Under the pieces are notes generated by a model. The model saw only the letters and a program-made list of their open reading frames with translations, was not told the origin of the DNA and made no database searches. The position numbers were made by a program, and so were the translations under genes. This document shows, in pieces, positions 52,070 to 64,000 of a stretch of 64,000 nucleotides of DNA (its first letter is position 1; each line of letters opens with the position of its first letter). The DNA lies in assembly GCA_030704615.1 (NCBI GenBank), contig CM060732.1:54498001-54562000 (forward strand), in the 5' to 3' direction. This stretch comes from Takakia lepidozioides (Eukaryota; Plantae; Bryophyta).

Positions 52070-52912
52070 AAGGCTACCAAGGAATACATGACAAAGCCCT
52101 TATACATGACTTATACGCCAACGAGGAAGATCAAACTGAAGATGAGGAGGGTGAAACCGCCAGTGCATACTACATTCATCACGACACGGTGAATCGGCAT
52201 GTACTAAGACAGGTGACAACACGAATTCAGGGCACCACTACGGCTAGACCACCATTCATCTGGAGGACAACATTACCACCCCGTATACCGTATGATGAAC
52301 CGTGGCCAGCACAGATGCCCTACAGAACCGTGAACGAATATGAAGCAGCCAATGAGTCACTACTTGTGTTAAACTCCGAGATGTACGCTCCAGATCACCC
52401 CACCGACCGTGGTAATCATACACCACTAACCATCGATAATAACACGGAGGCAGAACGACGGCGCAATCCAACGGATTGCCAAAAGACGGCGGATGATAAG
52501 GGTAAAGCCATTAAACCAAGCTGCAAGTATTGCGGACACGCCGCCCATCTAAAAACAGACCACGTACCAAAGTGGGTGAACACATCCAAGATGGATAAAC
52601 ATAAACTGACCGAAACCGGACAATCATCAATGACCATCAGTTCGATCCAAGACAAACCACGAAGAAAACACCAACGGAAGAAAATCAGGCACAAAAGAGA
52701 TGAAGTTTACTCAAAACCGTTTCCAGAAGCTAAATGCTTGTTGGTAAGAAGCCTACAGAGGAGAACCCCTACTTAAACCCAGAAACGAACTCCCCACCTT
52801 CTCTTCCGCAAACTGGAAATTGTTATCTACACAACTTCCAGTGTGCTTCGTACTTCTTGTGATATAGGAATTGGTGCTCCAATTCCTTACAGCAACCGCA
52901 AGACTAAGAGAA

Positions 52913-55774
52913 ATGGCAGGCACCAAGCGGAAGACACCAAGTTTCTTATGCACAAGTGAATTTCAAAATCAGCCCGGCGTTGCGGAAGATTGAGCAGGAC
53001 ACAAAGACACAGGAGACGTTGGACAGTCTTGGCCTGCGATACTTCATCACCACGTTGGACTGGAACCTTAAGCACGACAAGTTGAGCAGGGAGTTCTTGG
53101 AGAATTACAACACCAGCACTTGAAGCACAAATGTCCGCGACACACACATTCTGCTGACGGAGAAGTACTTGGCGGAAGTATTTCACCTTCCCAGTATGGA
53201 CGTACCGGCGCACAGTGAGGTTTGTACTTGCAGATTTGTTTGAGAATCTCAACCAAGCCGATCAGGGCTACACATGCAGTCACAGCAAAAGCGCCGGCTT
53301 TAGGAAGATAGCCCCGGTATTTAGCACGTTGCTTTGCCTCAAGCAAAACCACAGCTACTGTACCAAGGAGCTAATCGATCAAGTGTTGATTTGCCTCAAT
53401 GGGCAAATCGTGAATTGGGCAAGCTTCTTATTGAAGAAGTTAACCCAAGAATTGACTTGGTTGACAAAGAAGAAGAAGAAAGCGACTGTTACCATGGCTA
53501 CTCCCTTGTTACACCAGATGATTAGACATACTGTACACCTGACACCCGAAGAGCAAACGATGTTGGGGATTATGCAGCGGGTAGATACGATGGAGGAAGA
53601 AGGAAGTGACTCGGCAGCAGGTCAAGAAGGAGAAGAGGGCGGACTTGCAAAGAGAGCCCGGATCAATGAAACAACCACAAGTGCAGCAGCAGAGGACATC
53701 ATCAACTCGACGGCTGATTCCACAGTGCAGAGAGAAGGGGAGAATCAACAGCCAGAAGGAGGGAACCAACCACGGACCAATGAAGCAACACCCATGGAAT
53801 TTAGCCATGGTAACACCGAAACCCAGCAAACAACACACACAGAGGCCACACAACCACGAACAGAGGAGGGAGACATAGTGGCGCAGCCACAGTAGATGGT
53901 GCAAGAGGCACCCAATCAGCAGCAACAGCAGATGGTGCAAGAGGCACCCAGTCAGCAGCAAAAGCAGATGGTGCAAGAGACACCCATTCAGCAGCAATAG
54001 CAAGTGGTGCAAGAGGCACAGAATCACCAACAGCAAGACAGTAATTCCAATTTGGAATTACTACTAGCACAATAGGTTCTGGATACAACAGCATGGGACA
54101 CGGGGTTGGAAGAAACGCCACAGAATGTAATTCTGCAGGCAATACAAGCATTGGGTCAAGTGACAGCTTGTATCGATAGGGCCAATGATTACATCAGCCC
54201 GGAGAACCTTAGCATGATCTTAGACCACATCAAAGAGAAACACCAGAGGGAATTGCGACAGCAAGAACAGTATATAACCACGAGGTTACAATCGCAGCGT
54301 TAGAAGATCAAAAGACAACCTTACTTCGTCAATACAACACTTTGACACAACGCAGAGATGAGTGGGAGCAGAAGTGGCAAAGACAGAGAGACGAAACACG
54401 CCATGTCCAAGCCGACCTCGATATAGAGCGAGAGCGATCTCGGAAAACAGAGACAAAGGTGGAAACACTCACAGGACAGGTGCAGACGCTTAAGCAGCAG
54501 GTGGAGACACTCAAGGGGCAGCTGAAAACTGCCAAAGACCAGGGGAACAAGTGGCTCTCATGCAACACTGCACTGCTGAGGAAAAGGGAAAATGCTGAAA
54601 TTAGGTTGTTTACAGCCACCACAGAAAGAGACATTGTCATGGGCAATGAATAAGAATGGAAACAGCAGCTGGAGAAGCTGACACTGCAAGCAGGGCTGGA
54701 CGTAGCAGACGCAGCCTTGGCCAGAGCTTGGTTGAATGAAGGGAGTGAACTGGAGATGAAGAAATTCAACAGGGCAATGGTGAGACAGATGAAATGTCAA
54801 TTGGCGAAGTTGGTGACAAATATTCACGAGGAATTCCTGCCACCAATTCCAGAACAAGATGAGCTCATGGACGAAGATGATCAAGAGGAGCAAGACCATG
54901 AACAAGAAGCACCGATACAATCAGCAACACCAGCACAAACACCACCAACAACACAACCACCACCAAGTCAACACGCACTGGTACAGGCCACAGCAGGGCC
55001 ATCTACTCAAGAGGTAAACCCCATACCACTACCAAGTGTTCTGGTTGCATCAACTTCGGTAGCAGTGGATGATTTCCAAATCATGCCATGCAAACAGAAT
55101 GGGGAGTGGCTAAAGTATTCGGAGGAATACTTTAAAATGATGGTAGTCCCAGCCCACCAAATCCCAGAAATACTGGAGAAGATATTCAAAACCTTAACCC
55201 CCTGTAGATCATTGGGTCAATTGCATCTGCTCAATCAAACTCTTATACCTCTGAGATACAGGATGAGACCACTGGCTAGGGAAGAGACATGGTCAGGGGA
55301 AGAATTGGTTAAATTCTGGTACCAGGCTCCCCTAGAATACAAGGAGCTGGTAGCTTACATGTGGGCAGTGGGGCAAGTGAAGATTAATCCTACCCGGCAG
55401 TAGACATTGTAATGGGCTGCCCAAGTTTTTATATTGGCAGTTACTTGTACCGGATGTTCGTGACAATGAGGGGAAGTTGGCAACGCAATGAGAGTATTGA
55501 AAAAGATACTCACTGGGAATTACCCAAATTCCAGCCACCAGAGAGAGTCGCAGGCACTTCAGCATACATGAACATACCACTATATGCTGAAGCATGGCGC
55601 CAGGCGAAAGACCACTTTTCACCATTGGTCTTGGACAGAGACCACCCTTTCAGAGAAACAGGGATTCAAGCTGTTAATTGGTTAATGGGCAGCAGGGCGA
55701 TTAAACACATTATACCTTGGACCAAGGAGGAGCTGCAAACCTACCAAGAAACCTTGACCACCAAATCGACATGA
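52913..55774 (+). pseudogene. Extra sense-strand ORF downstream of pol, broken by stops and frameshifts
   Basis: Fragments LSREFLENY...LTEKYLAEVFHLP and LNGQIVNWASFLL resemble the accessory 'plant transposon protein' ORFs of Athila-like elements. Followed by Q/E-rich repeats, a coiled coil and a Trp-rich C-terminal domain. Confidence 0.6.
53893..54020 (+). repeat. 36-bp coding minisatellite, ~3.5 copies (QMVQEAPxQQQQ)
   Basis: Repeated AGATGGTGCAAGAGGCACCCAxTCAGCAGCAA. Confidence 0.85.
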
Positions 55775-55783
55775 TACGTAGTG

Positions 55784-56582
55784 CACCCCCCCCAAACGAA
55801 AAAAAAACCCCCAAAACCCCCCCCCAAGTACCAGCTGGCTACCCTCCCACCCATCGACGCCGGCGCAACGCCCGGGGGCGACCAGCGACGCTCTTGCAAT
55901 TCCCAGCAGTCGCAACAGAACCACGCCAACTTGGAGCTAGCGACGCCGCCAGGGCTGCGACGTTGTTGCGAGTCCAGGGAGTCGCACTCGAACGTGCCCC
56001 CCCATGGAGCTAGCGACGGCCCCCGGGGGCGCGACGTCCGTGCGATTCCCGGGAGTCGCTAGAGACCTCCCTACCCATGGGGGGTCTAGCGACGCCCGCA
56101 GATGGCAGCGATGTCATGACGATTCCCGGGCGTCGCCAGTCCCCTAGGCAGAATAGACCCCATCTACGATGTCCAGGCATCGCAGAGCGGGGGCTTTTGT
56201 CCCAGGTTGCGACTTGCCGGCGACGCCGGCGCGTGGCTATTTCTGGGGATGGGCGACGTCCTTGCAACTACCCCATGACACAGGGGGAGGGATGGACCCC
56301 CTCCCTGCCCTTTGTTGCGACTCTCAGGAGTCGCCATATTGCAACACCCCGGAGGGGCAGCGTCATTCCGCCGTCGCTGGTCGTGGCTAGGGGACCCGGG
56401 GGATTAGCGATTCCCCTAGGTTGCTAATCAGCGACGTTCCGGGAGCGACGTCGGACCGACGTGGCAGCGACTTCCCGACGTTGCAATTTGTCCCCGGCGT
56501 GCCCCTGTATTTCTGTGGCTAGGCGCGGCGTTTGGAGGTCGTTGAGGCATCGCTAAACACCCCCCCCCCCAAACGTATAGTG
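55784..56582. mobile_element. GC-rich ~0.8-kb insertion resembling a CACTA terminal/subterminal region
   Basis: Many (A)GCGACG/CGTCGC motifs in both orientations. The right end CGTATAGTG reads CACTATACG on the minus strand. TAGTG also occurs immediately to the left (55779-55783). Confidence 0.6.
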
Positions 56583-56886
56583 TGTATCGTAACCTCGGAT
56601 TGCGACAAAACTACAAAAGATGAAGAACGAGATGAGATTGCTGAAAGAACATCTCCCAGCTCCTGGAAAACGTTATCGCTTGCCATTACAAGCGGAAGAA
56701 AAGGGACCTTCCCAATGCGACGACCGCTTCCCACAAACCCAAGTTGCTATCGAGGAGCAATAACGGTTTACAAGTTGTTGGTAGCAAAGCAAGGAACGTG
56801 GAGAGTAGAGCACTCGAGAATTTGTACTAGATCACCATGTCTCTTCTACGTGCTGTGAAGGTCACCTTTGTGCACATTGCTCATTA

Positions 56887-59330
56887 TTGCTCATCTCTCT
56901 TGACTGGATATTGCTCCCGTGCTACCATTCATGCCTCAAATCTCTCTCCAACTCCAAAGCGCCAGGCCCAGACAACATACCTAATGAAATACTCCAGACA
57001 TTGGACCCACACTTCCATCGATTAATTCATCGCTTCTTTGTGATGTGCTATCAGCTCCATAGAATTCCCAAAGGCTGGAAAAATAGTCGTACAATACTAA
57101 TTTACAAAAAAGATGACCCTACCCAATTAGGCAACTACAAACCTATAGCTCTTGCTAACACCCTTTACAAGCTATTTACTAGCACGTTAACCACCCTTCT
57201 CACATCCTTCGGAGAACAACATCATATTCTTAGTGACTCGCAAGAGGGATTTCGAACTGCCAGAAGCACAAGCCGGCAAATCCAACTTTTTATTTTGGCC
57301 TTAGAAGATGCACGTTTTACTCAACAAGACATATTTTTGCTATACATTGACTTTAAAAATGCATTTGGCTCAATTGACCATGCGCGTCTACTAGCCGTGA
57401 TGACTGATCTAGGATACCTGCAAGACGCAGTCATGCTCATTGGCAATATTTATACTGAACCCACCACATACTCCGGGCCTTCATTTGGCAATACATCACC
57501 TATACCAATTCACAGAGGTACCATACAAGGGGACACACTTAGCCCATATCTTTTTTTTGTCTTTCTAGAACCCCTACTTCGCTGGCTCGCTCGAGGTAAC
57601 ATATGATACCAATACATTACGTCTCCCAATAACATCCCAGCAGCTGCCTATGCAGATGATCTTGTACTGCTATCCAACAAATCTAGTCATCTCAATCGAC
57701 AAGTGAAAAAACTAGAAAGATTCAATAAATGGGTAGCAATGGAACTAAGTTTACATAAATGTGCTATCACGGCGATCAGCCATCATACCAAACACAACAC
57801 ACAAGCCCTCTCAAGAATACTAAATAACACGGTGTTATATAATACCCAACCCTTCCCATATTTGGACCAAGACGACCTATACACATATTTGGGTATACAA
57901 TTGACGCCATAACGATGTTGGTAAACTGGGGAATATTTATCAAGGACTCCTTAAGCACGTCGCCTCAAAATTTGGTGGCTTAGCAAATTTACCGGCTATC
58001 AACCCCATTGCATGCACCCACTCCCCTATCATCAGGACCCTCTTCATACTCAAACATATGCACATTACTCTGGACACTACTATGCCCACAATCCAACTTC
58101 ATTACACATCCCTAAAAAATGCTTGGGACACAAGCCCACAAATTCATCTCTTCAACCCAGACAACATACCTCGTAAACAAACCACTCTAAAATTCTTTAT
58201 GCAAATTAACATCACCACAGTCAGACAACTTACAGATGCTAATGGCACCAGATTTATCGACCCACATGCTTTTCGACTAAAATACCCTAAACCATCATCG
58301 CGCTCCCAACATGTTCATTTGCAACACCTCCAAACACTACTATGTTTTCCCACTCCTGCTTGTCTAATCCACACATGTCCAAGACAATGTAACTCTTCGC
58401 CCCATCACCCATGGGAGCCCTCCCTCGCTATTCTTCGAGCCCGACGCAAAACCAAATCCAATCACTATTCCATGGCTCTGCCCTAAACCCAACAAGCGTC
58501 CGCCCCACACAACCAACTCAAACACCCCAACCACAGCCACCACAACCAAATACTATATCATCCCCACTTGCTATTCAACCCACAGGACACCCCGTAACAC
58601 CCACCCACACATTAGAGGAAATACAAGGCATAACCCAAAAAATGTCCTTGGATCAATATGGAGCCACATGTGTCAAAACTCTATACAATTGTCAATGGAA
58701 GGGATCAACCCCCAAGCGTAACACCTGGGAAAACAATGACCACCTTTTTAGCACCCATGGTAACTCAAATCTACACCATAATATTCAAATGGTTATCGAA
58801 CACCACCGATGAACCAACACCCACTACTTATCGCATATTCATACCCAACATGCGGATGAACCACAAGCCAACGATAGACGTTTCATCAGCCCGCCACGAA
58901 GTATCCCAAATCTACACATCTCTATAGCTAAATGTAACCCAGATAAAGACATCATGAAATCCCAGGCCCACATTCACACTCACAATAACTTGGCATGCAC
59001 ACATATATGGACCACTAGGGTACTACATTGGTAACATAACACTCCAAAGATTGGAGTGGTTATGGAAAAGATTTCATTCCAACCCACTCCACCTCACAGA
59101 CCTGCATACGCCATCAGCATTTGCAGTATAAGTCTCCAGACTCATCCAGCGCTACGCCCAAGACCTACCACCCAAAACACCCACAACAACAAACAAACTT
59201 TCACTTGCACACTCCCACTCGACCCTCCCCGCACTCCTTCTAGACTTCCTCACCACGGAGCTGCAACTCACTCACTCATACTACTCTAACCCTCTCACAT
59301 GCCCATTAGGTTTATCTACTTACTCGAGCT
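56887..59330 (+). mobile_element. 5'-truncated degenerate non-LTR retrotransposon with a RandI/Dualen-like RT
   Basis: KAPGPDNIPNEIL, YKPIALANTLYKLFT, SQEGFR, YIDFKNAFGSIDH, RGTIQGDTLSPYLF..FLEPLLRWL, AYADDLVL, YTYLGI. Clade assignment is from recalled motif style only. Confidence 0.8.
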
Positions 59331-59399
59331 TACACAACATTGATCAGCACTTTTTGGGTTATGGGGTTTTGCAAGGATCATTTGGGTATTTGGGTCTTT

Positions 59400-59495
59400 G
59401 GCTCTTAGGGTTTTAAGGGTTACATAGTTTAGTTTAGGGTTTAGTTTCATAGTTTAGTCTAGGGTTAGTTATAATATAGTTAGTTTAGGATTAGC
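59400..59495 (+). repeat. Degenerate telomere-like (TTTAGGG/TAGTT) low-complexity tract
   Basis: TTAGGGTTTT, TTTAGGGTTT and CTAGGGTTAG interspersed with TAGTT units. Confidence 0.5.
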
Positions 59496-59650
59496 TGCAA
59501 TATAGTTTTGTTTTTTTGTGGGGTGGGGACATATGGCTTTACGTTTGTAGGGTTTTTTTTTTCAATTTTTTCCAAGGGTTGGGAGTGTAATTCCTTCGGA
59601 GGTTACAGTGGGTCACAATACGGTACTCTACCTCTCTCTCGTGCTAGGTC

Positions 59651-61328
59651 ATGCCGCGTGTTTATCGACGTGTCATGCTTGAGGATTTGTTGCCGGCTGT
59701 GCCACAACCACCTGTTGAGGGCGAGACAGCACGTTCGCCTCGTCTACGAGTTCGGCGGCATCGCCATATCCGCACAGCTTTGCCCCCCACGGCCACCATC
59801 CCGAGGTCATAGGCCGCCGAGTCCAGAGGCACGAGCCTCGGGGAGACCCCGCCGGGACCACCTCCCCAAGATTGAGTGTTGGTGCAGTTGGTGTTGGGCA
59901 CGACTACCGGTTGGGAGGACCACACCGATGATGCGGCGACCCCATGTTGTGCAAAAACATTACGCCAAGTACGAGATTGCTGATGCAGCAAAGGTAAGTC
60001 GTCCATATATCTTCTCACGTACTCCTCAATTAAAAGTACTATATCTAATGAAACCTCGCGTTTGTGAATTGAGTATTGATGCATTTCATATCATGCATCT
60101 TGTAGTCCCGTCTTGATGTCCAAGCTCGCAATTTTTTTGTTGAAGAGGCATACCGATGCAGGTTTCTTCTTTCTTACGAGCCCCACCCCGTTCCAGATAT
60201 GAACATTTTTTTCTCGCAACATGACGTACATGCAGTTTGTGAGGTAGCGGGGTACGATGCATGTTTTTCTATTTTTGGGCACCGGGCTAGGCGCTTGCCA
60301 CCTACGCACACACATTCGTCATCCTTGACATCGGCACCCCCATCATCACCATCATCCGCATCGTTCGTTCCTCCTATTGTAGATGATCACCATCATCTGT
60401 ATCTTCCGTTCCTCCTATTGTACATGTTCTTTCCTCATCACCATCGCCATCTCGGCCATCTCGGCCAGTACTACCTCCACGCGAGATCTCTCATACCAAC
60501 CTACATGTCCCTTCCCCTCCGTTGCCGAGACCACAGCCGCCACCGAGTCCGTATCCGGGTCCTCCGCTAGAAACCGATGGATCCTACAACTTTTGGGGAC
60601 TGTGCATGACTGGGACCGATGGATCACTAGGTTCCCACTCCAAGAGAAGGGCCCCCGAAGTGATGGACGGGCGCTGTCCCATAGGAGAGGTGGACCGAAG
60701 TTGTTTCGCACGGTTGGTCCGCACCTTCGTCGGCCTGATGACGGCACCATACGTCATCGTGGTGCTAGGGAGCTATTCACGATGGGAGTCCAACCCCATT
60801 TCTACCAATGTCTTGTGCCTTGTCCAGTTCCGATTCCCGAGGGTGAGCCCTTTCTTTTTTGGGGTCGCATGTATTACGTGATGGAGGCAACGGACCCTGG
60901 TATGGGTCGCGGACTTTATTTTATGGAGGATATAGTTTTGGGGGGAGGAGAGGATTCTGTGGATTTGTTCCCCTATTTTGGGCCGAGGTACACCCACCGG
61001 GAGTGGCAATTATTGCAGACACACGGCCTTGGTCCTTGATCCATCCTTACATCCTTGTTGTGAACGACAATGATGTAAGGATGAGAAATTTGGGCCGCAA
61101 AACCCATATTTATTGTGACGGAAACCCCGATGTGTACGGCAACATAGTTGGGTCCATCAACAGTTCAGTTACCTACCGCCGGGTCACACCGCCAATGTGT
61201 TTTGGGATGAGCACCATGACGAGGATAGTAGATTGGACCCTAACATCACCACTTTTGTGATGACATGTGCAAGGAGGACTATTAGGGCTGGAGAGGAGTT
61301 GTTTGCAGAGTATGACTTTAGGCGTTAG
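59651..61328 (+). pseudogene. SET-domain gene (lysine methyltransferase-like) with two -1 frameshifts in the SET region; 5' exons uncertain
   Basis: Joining three frames gives GMGRGLYFMEDI..LFPYFG..YILVV..YCDG..GNIVGSINSS..ANVFW..FVMTCARRTIRAGEELFAEYDF*, the SET motifs in canonical order. Confidence 0.72.
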
Positions 61329-61645
61329 CCGACTTTCATCATGTGTAGATGGACGTATGAAGACATTTTGTACATTGAGGTGGCTTCCTCCACCGTGTAT
61401 ATATATACATAGGCATTGATGTGTATTTGGATGCAGTTTTTCATGCTATATTCAAGGGAGTTTGGGTGGACGTTATATGTGAATTTGGGTAATATTTTGA
61501 ATTATATAGTGTCTCCTTCATGTGGTGAAGCAATGTATGTATTCCCTTCGTGTGTATAGTGTGTACTTTGGGTTTTATCCTGTATGATAATGAACAACGC
61601 CATGTATGGAAACTGATAATGACATGGTTGTTTTTGGCATCTTAG

Positions 61646-64000
61646 GATGCCGGCCACAACCCCATGACGTTAATTCATGAAGTTCATGATCTTGTCATGA
61701 ACTGGGATTTTGTTCCTTCGGAGGGGGGTGCGTATCAAAGGGACCCGACCCCGTTTGAAATGGCGGTCTCCGATGATGAGGACAACAATGACAATGGAAT
61801 TATGCATGAGGATGTGGCAGCAATGGAAGACCTCTTAATACATCAGATGGTAGATAAGGACACGGACTCTTTGAATGACATGGAAAAAGAAGCCAAAACT
61901 CCCTTATACGAAGGGGCCAAAGTGAGTAGACTTTCAACCATCTTGTTGTTGCTGAATTTGCAAATCCGGTTTGGCATAAGCAATGTGGGTATGTCCGCCA
62001 TAATGCGGACTATTGTAGACTACATCCTTGCCCCACATTTGAAGCCGAGAATGCCACGATCAAGAAAAGAGGCAAGAGCAGCCTTGGATGCTGTGGGGAT
62101 GGGCTATAAGATTTTTCATGCATGTCCATGTGATAAAACCCTGTACTTCGGAGAGGATGCAAAACTCACCAAATGTCCAAAGTGCAACAAAGACCGATAT
62201 CGGGATGATGTTCAAGGGAAGAAAGCCCCGCACAAGGTATATCCGCGCCACAATACACTTGTATATTGCATTCTACCTTTTTGCAACTGTTTTACTTAGA
62301 GATATGAATGACACTGATTATGATATAGGGCCGACATGGGGATGGTGTAGAAAATGCACTACTTTCCAATCATCCCGCGATTGCAGGCACACTACCAAAG
62401 CCCCTCATTGGCACAACTGATGAGATGGCATGCCTCGCATCGGAGCCCCTCCGGGAAATGTGTGCGGGCCACAAGATTCACAAGCATGGAGGCATACTGA
62501 AGAGATGTGGCCTTTTATCTTGGAGGACCCACAACATGTCCGCCTCGGCTTCTCCTCGGATGGGCTCAACCCATACTCTGTCCAGTCATGTAGTCATTCC
62601 ACTTGGCCGGTGACCATGGTGAATTACAACATCCCTCCGTATCTTTCAATAAAAAAAGGCCATATCATGTTGGCTGCCATTGTACCGGGTGAGTGTTCCC
62701 ATTTCATGCTTATTATTTCTTTGGATTTTACATTAATCTTCTTCTCTTTGGCGCAATTCCGATGGAAGATTGATGAGTGACGTAATCATGTAGTAAGATG
62801 TGTCATTCATTATGAAGTATAATTAGCATGGTGGAGCATTGAAACAATTAATGGTGTGAATGTCTCATAGGGAAAAAACAAGTGAAAGACATGGACACGT
62901 ACTTGCGACCTCTAGTTGATGAACTGAAGGAGCTATGGAGGGGGGTCCCGCATTGGATGCTTCACTTGACCTATGGCCGGACAATCTTTTCAGATGAGAG
63001 ACATCTTGCTTTGGACAATGCATGATTATCCAGGTATATTATATTCCCCATGAGAAATCCGCGTACATTTACCTGTCAAGGGATATTGATGAGGATTGGG
63101 ATTGATTGAAGTAGCGGCGACAGTATTCTGTATCGTAGTGGGGTAGATGCACATGGAAACTTTTTGTCTTTCCTAATGTGGCGGAATGTCTACAAGACTT
63201 ACTGTTTGCTCGGGGTTGAGCACTAAAGGGTACCACGCATGCCTGCAATGTGGCGATGAACTTGATGCACAAAGCTCCAGCAATCTTCGCAAGATGGTGT
63301 ATCCCAACTACCGCAAGTTTCTTCCTATGAGCCATCATTGGAGAAGAAAAGACAAACACTTGTTTGATGACAAAGTGGAGTTACGTCCCCCACTTGTGAC
63401 ACCATCCGGGCACTTTTGGGAAGACCGATGGAAGGAGGCCCATCCGGAGGGGTCCGGTGAAGTGGAGGTGCCCCGGCATGAAGTGGCTTTCAATCTTCTA
63501 CGAGTTGCCATATTGGGCGGTACATATTCCACAAAAATACCATCAATATTGCTATGCATGCATGTGATATTGCATGTTTTGTATGATTTCCATTGTCACT
63601 TTCACGACAAAAATAGACGTGTAAGAATGTGTGGGTGGGGATATGTGTAAGACCTGAAGATTTGTCATCTTCTAGATCCCATGCATATTGAGAAGAATAT
63701 TTGCTCGTCCCTTTTTCGTGTTCTTCATGGCACGCCGGCAAAGAAGGGAGTGGCTGCGAAAGGAGATTCTCTCGGTGTTAGGAAGGAAGAGCAGGGTCGC
63801 ATGCCCCATCTATGGGCCGAAGAAAATGGTGTGGACCCAAAGGGTGTTGTACGGTGGAAGGATAGGCGTGCACCTTGGCAATGGACAAATGAGGAATACA
63901 AGAAAGTGATAGCCACCATAGGAGCTGTCCGAACACCAACTGGTTATGGGTCATCCCTCCGTATGAAGTTCAACGAAGACGGGGTCCATGGTTTGAAGTC
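61646..64000 (+). mobile_element. CACTA/En-Spm transposase gene (TnpD/Transposase_21), intron-containing, frameshifted, continuing beyond the window
   Basis: PLYEGAKVSRLS, HACPCDKTLY..CPKC, YFPIIPRLQ, VRLGFSSDGLNPY, STWPV..NYNIPP, DMDTYLRPLVDELKELW, WTMHDYPG, KGYHACLQC, LDPMHIEKN, PTGY, GLKS. Confidence 0.93.

Larger units (their letters stand above)
46217..56880 (+). mobile_element. Defective non-chromoviral Ty3/gypsy element (Athila/Phygy-like layout): gag, PR, deleted RT, RNase H, integrase, long extra 3' ORF. No LTR pair found
   Basis: gag YDGKSDPDIHLNQF and CCHC knuckles (46753-48430); protease VLIDGGSGVN (~48925); RT start KNGKLRVCVDYRKLN; RNase [11 protein letters not shown]; integrase [31 protein letters not shown] (50129-52069). 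Boundaries are approximate. Confidence 0.85.

Noticed and set aside
59400-59495. True telomere or chromosome-fusion site
   Set aside because: Only a few degenerate TTTAGGG-like units in a T-rich tract between TEs.

Overview
Eukaryotic land-plant nuclear DNA with spliceosomal introns. The transposon complement (CRE-like and RandI/Dualen-like LINEs, non-chromoviral gypsy) suggests a non-seed plant such as a bryophyte or lycophyte; this is inference. There are four apparently intact host genes: PsbP-domain protein 4 (2645-5375, +), a TIR-NB-ARC-TPR (TNP) immune-type gene (11324-7622, -), RDR6 (35225-38992, +) and a peroxisomal-type monodehydroascorbate reductase (41496-45020, +). There is also a frameshifted TFIIF-beta paralogue and F-box-like debris. 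About half the window is decayed mobile DNA: (i) a three-LTR Ty3/gypsy element with a tRNA-Ala PBS, a dUTPase-like domain and a ~3.0-kb internal inversion; (ii) a CRE-clade non-LTR element carrying a captured ParB-like gene fragment; (iii) a TA-flanked MITE containing a tRNA-derived SINE; (iv) a second gypsy element with its RT core deleted and a long extra 3' ORF; (v) a RandI/Dualen-like LINE with a chromodomain-like segment; (vi) a CACTA transposase running off the window end. The strongest candidate for an undescribed system is a divergent SET-domain (lysine methyltransferase-like) gene immediately upstream of, and co-oriented with, that CACTA transposase. Several TEs here carry chromatin- or nucleotide-related accessory domains (SET, chromo, ParB-like, dUTPase). 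All assignments come from motif recognition by eye; no searches were run.
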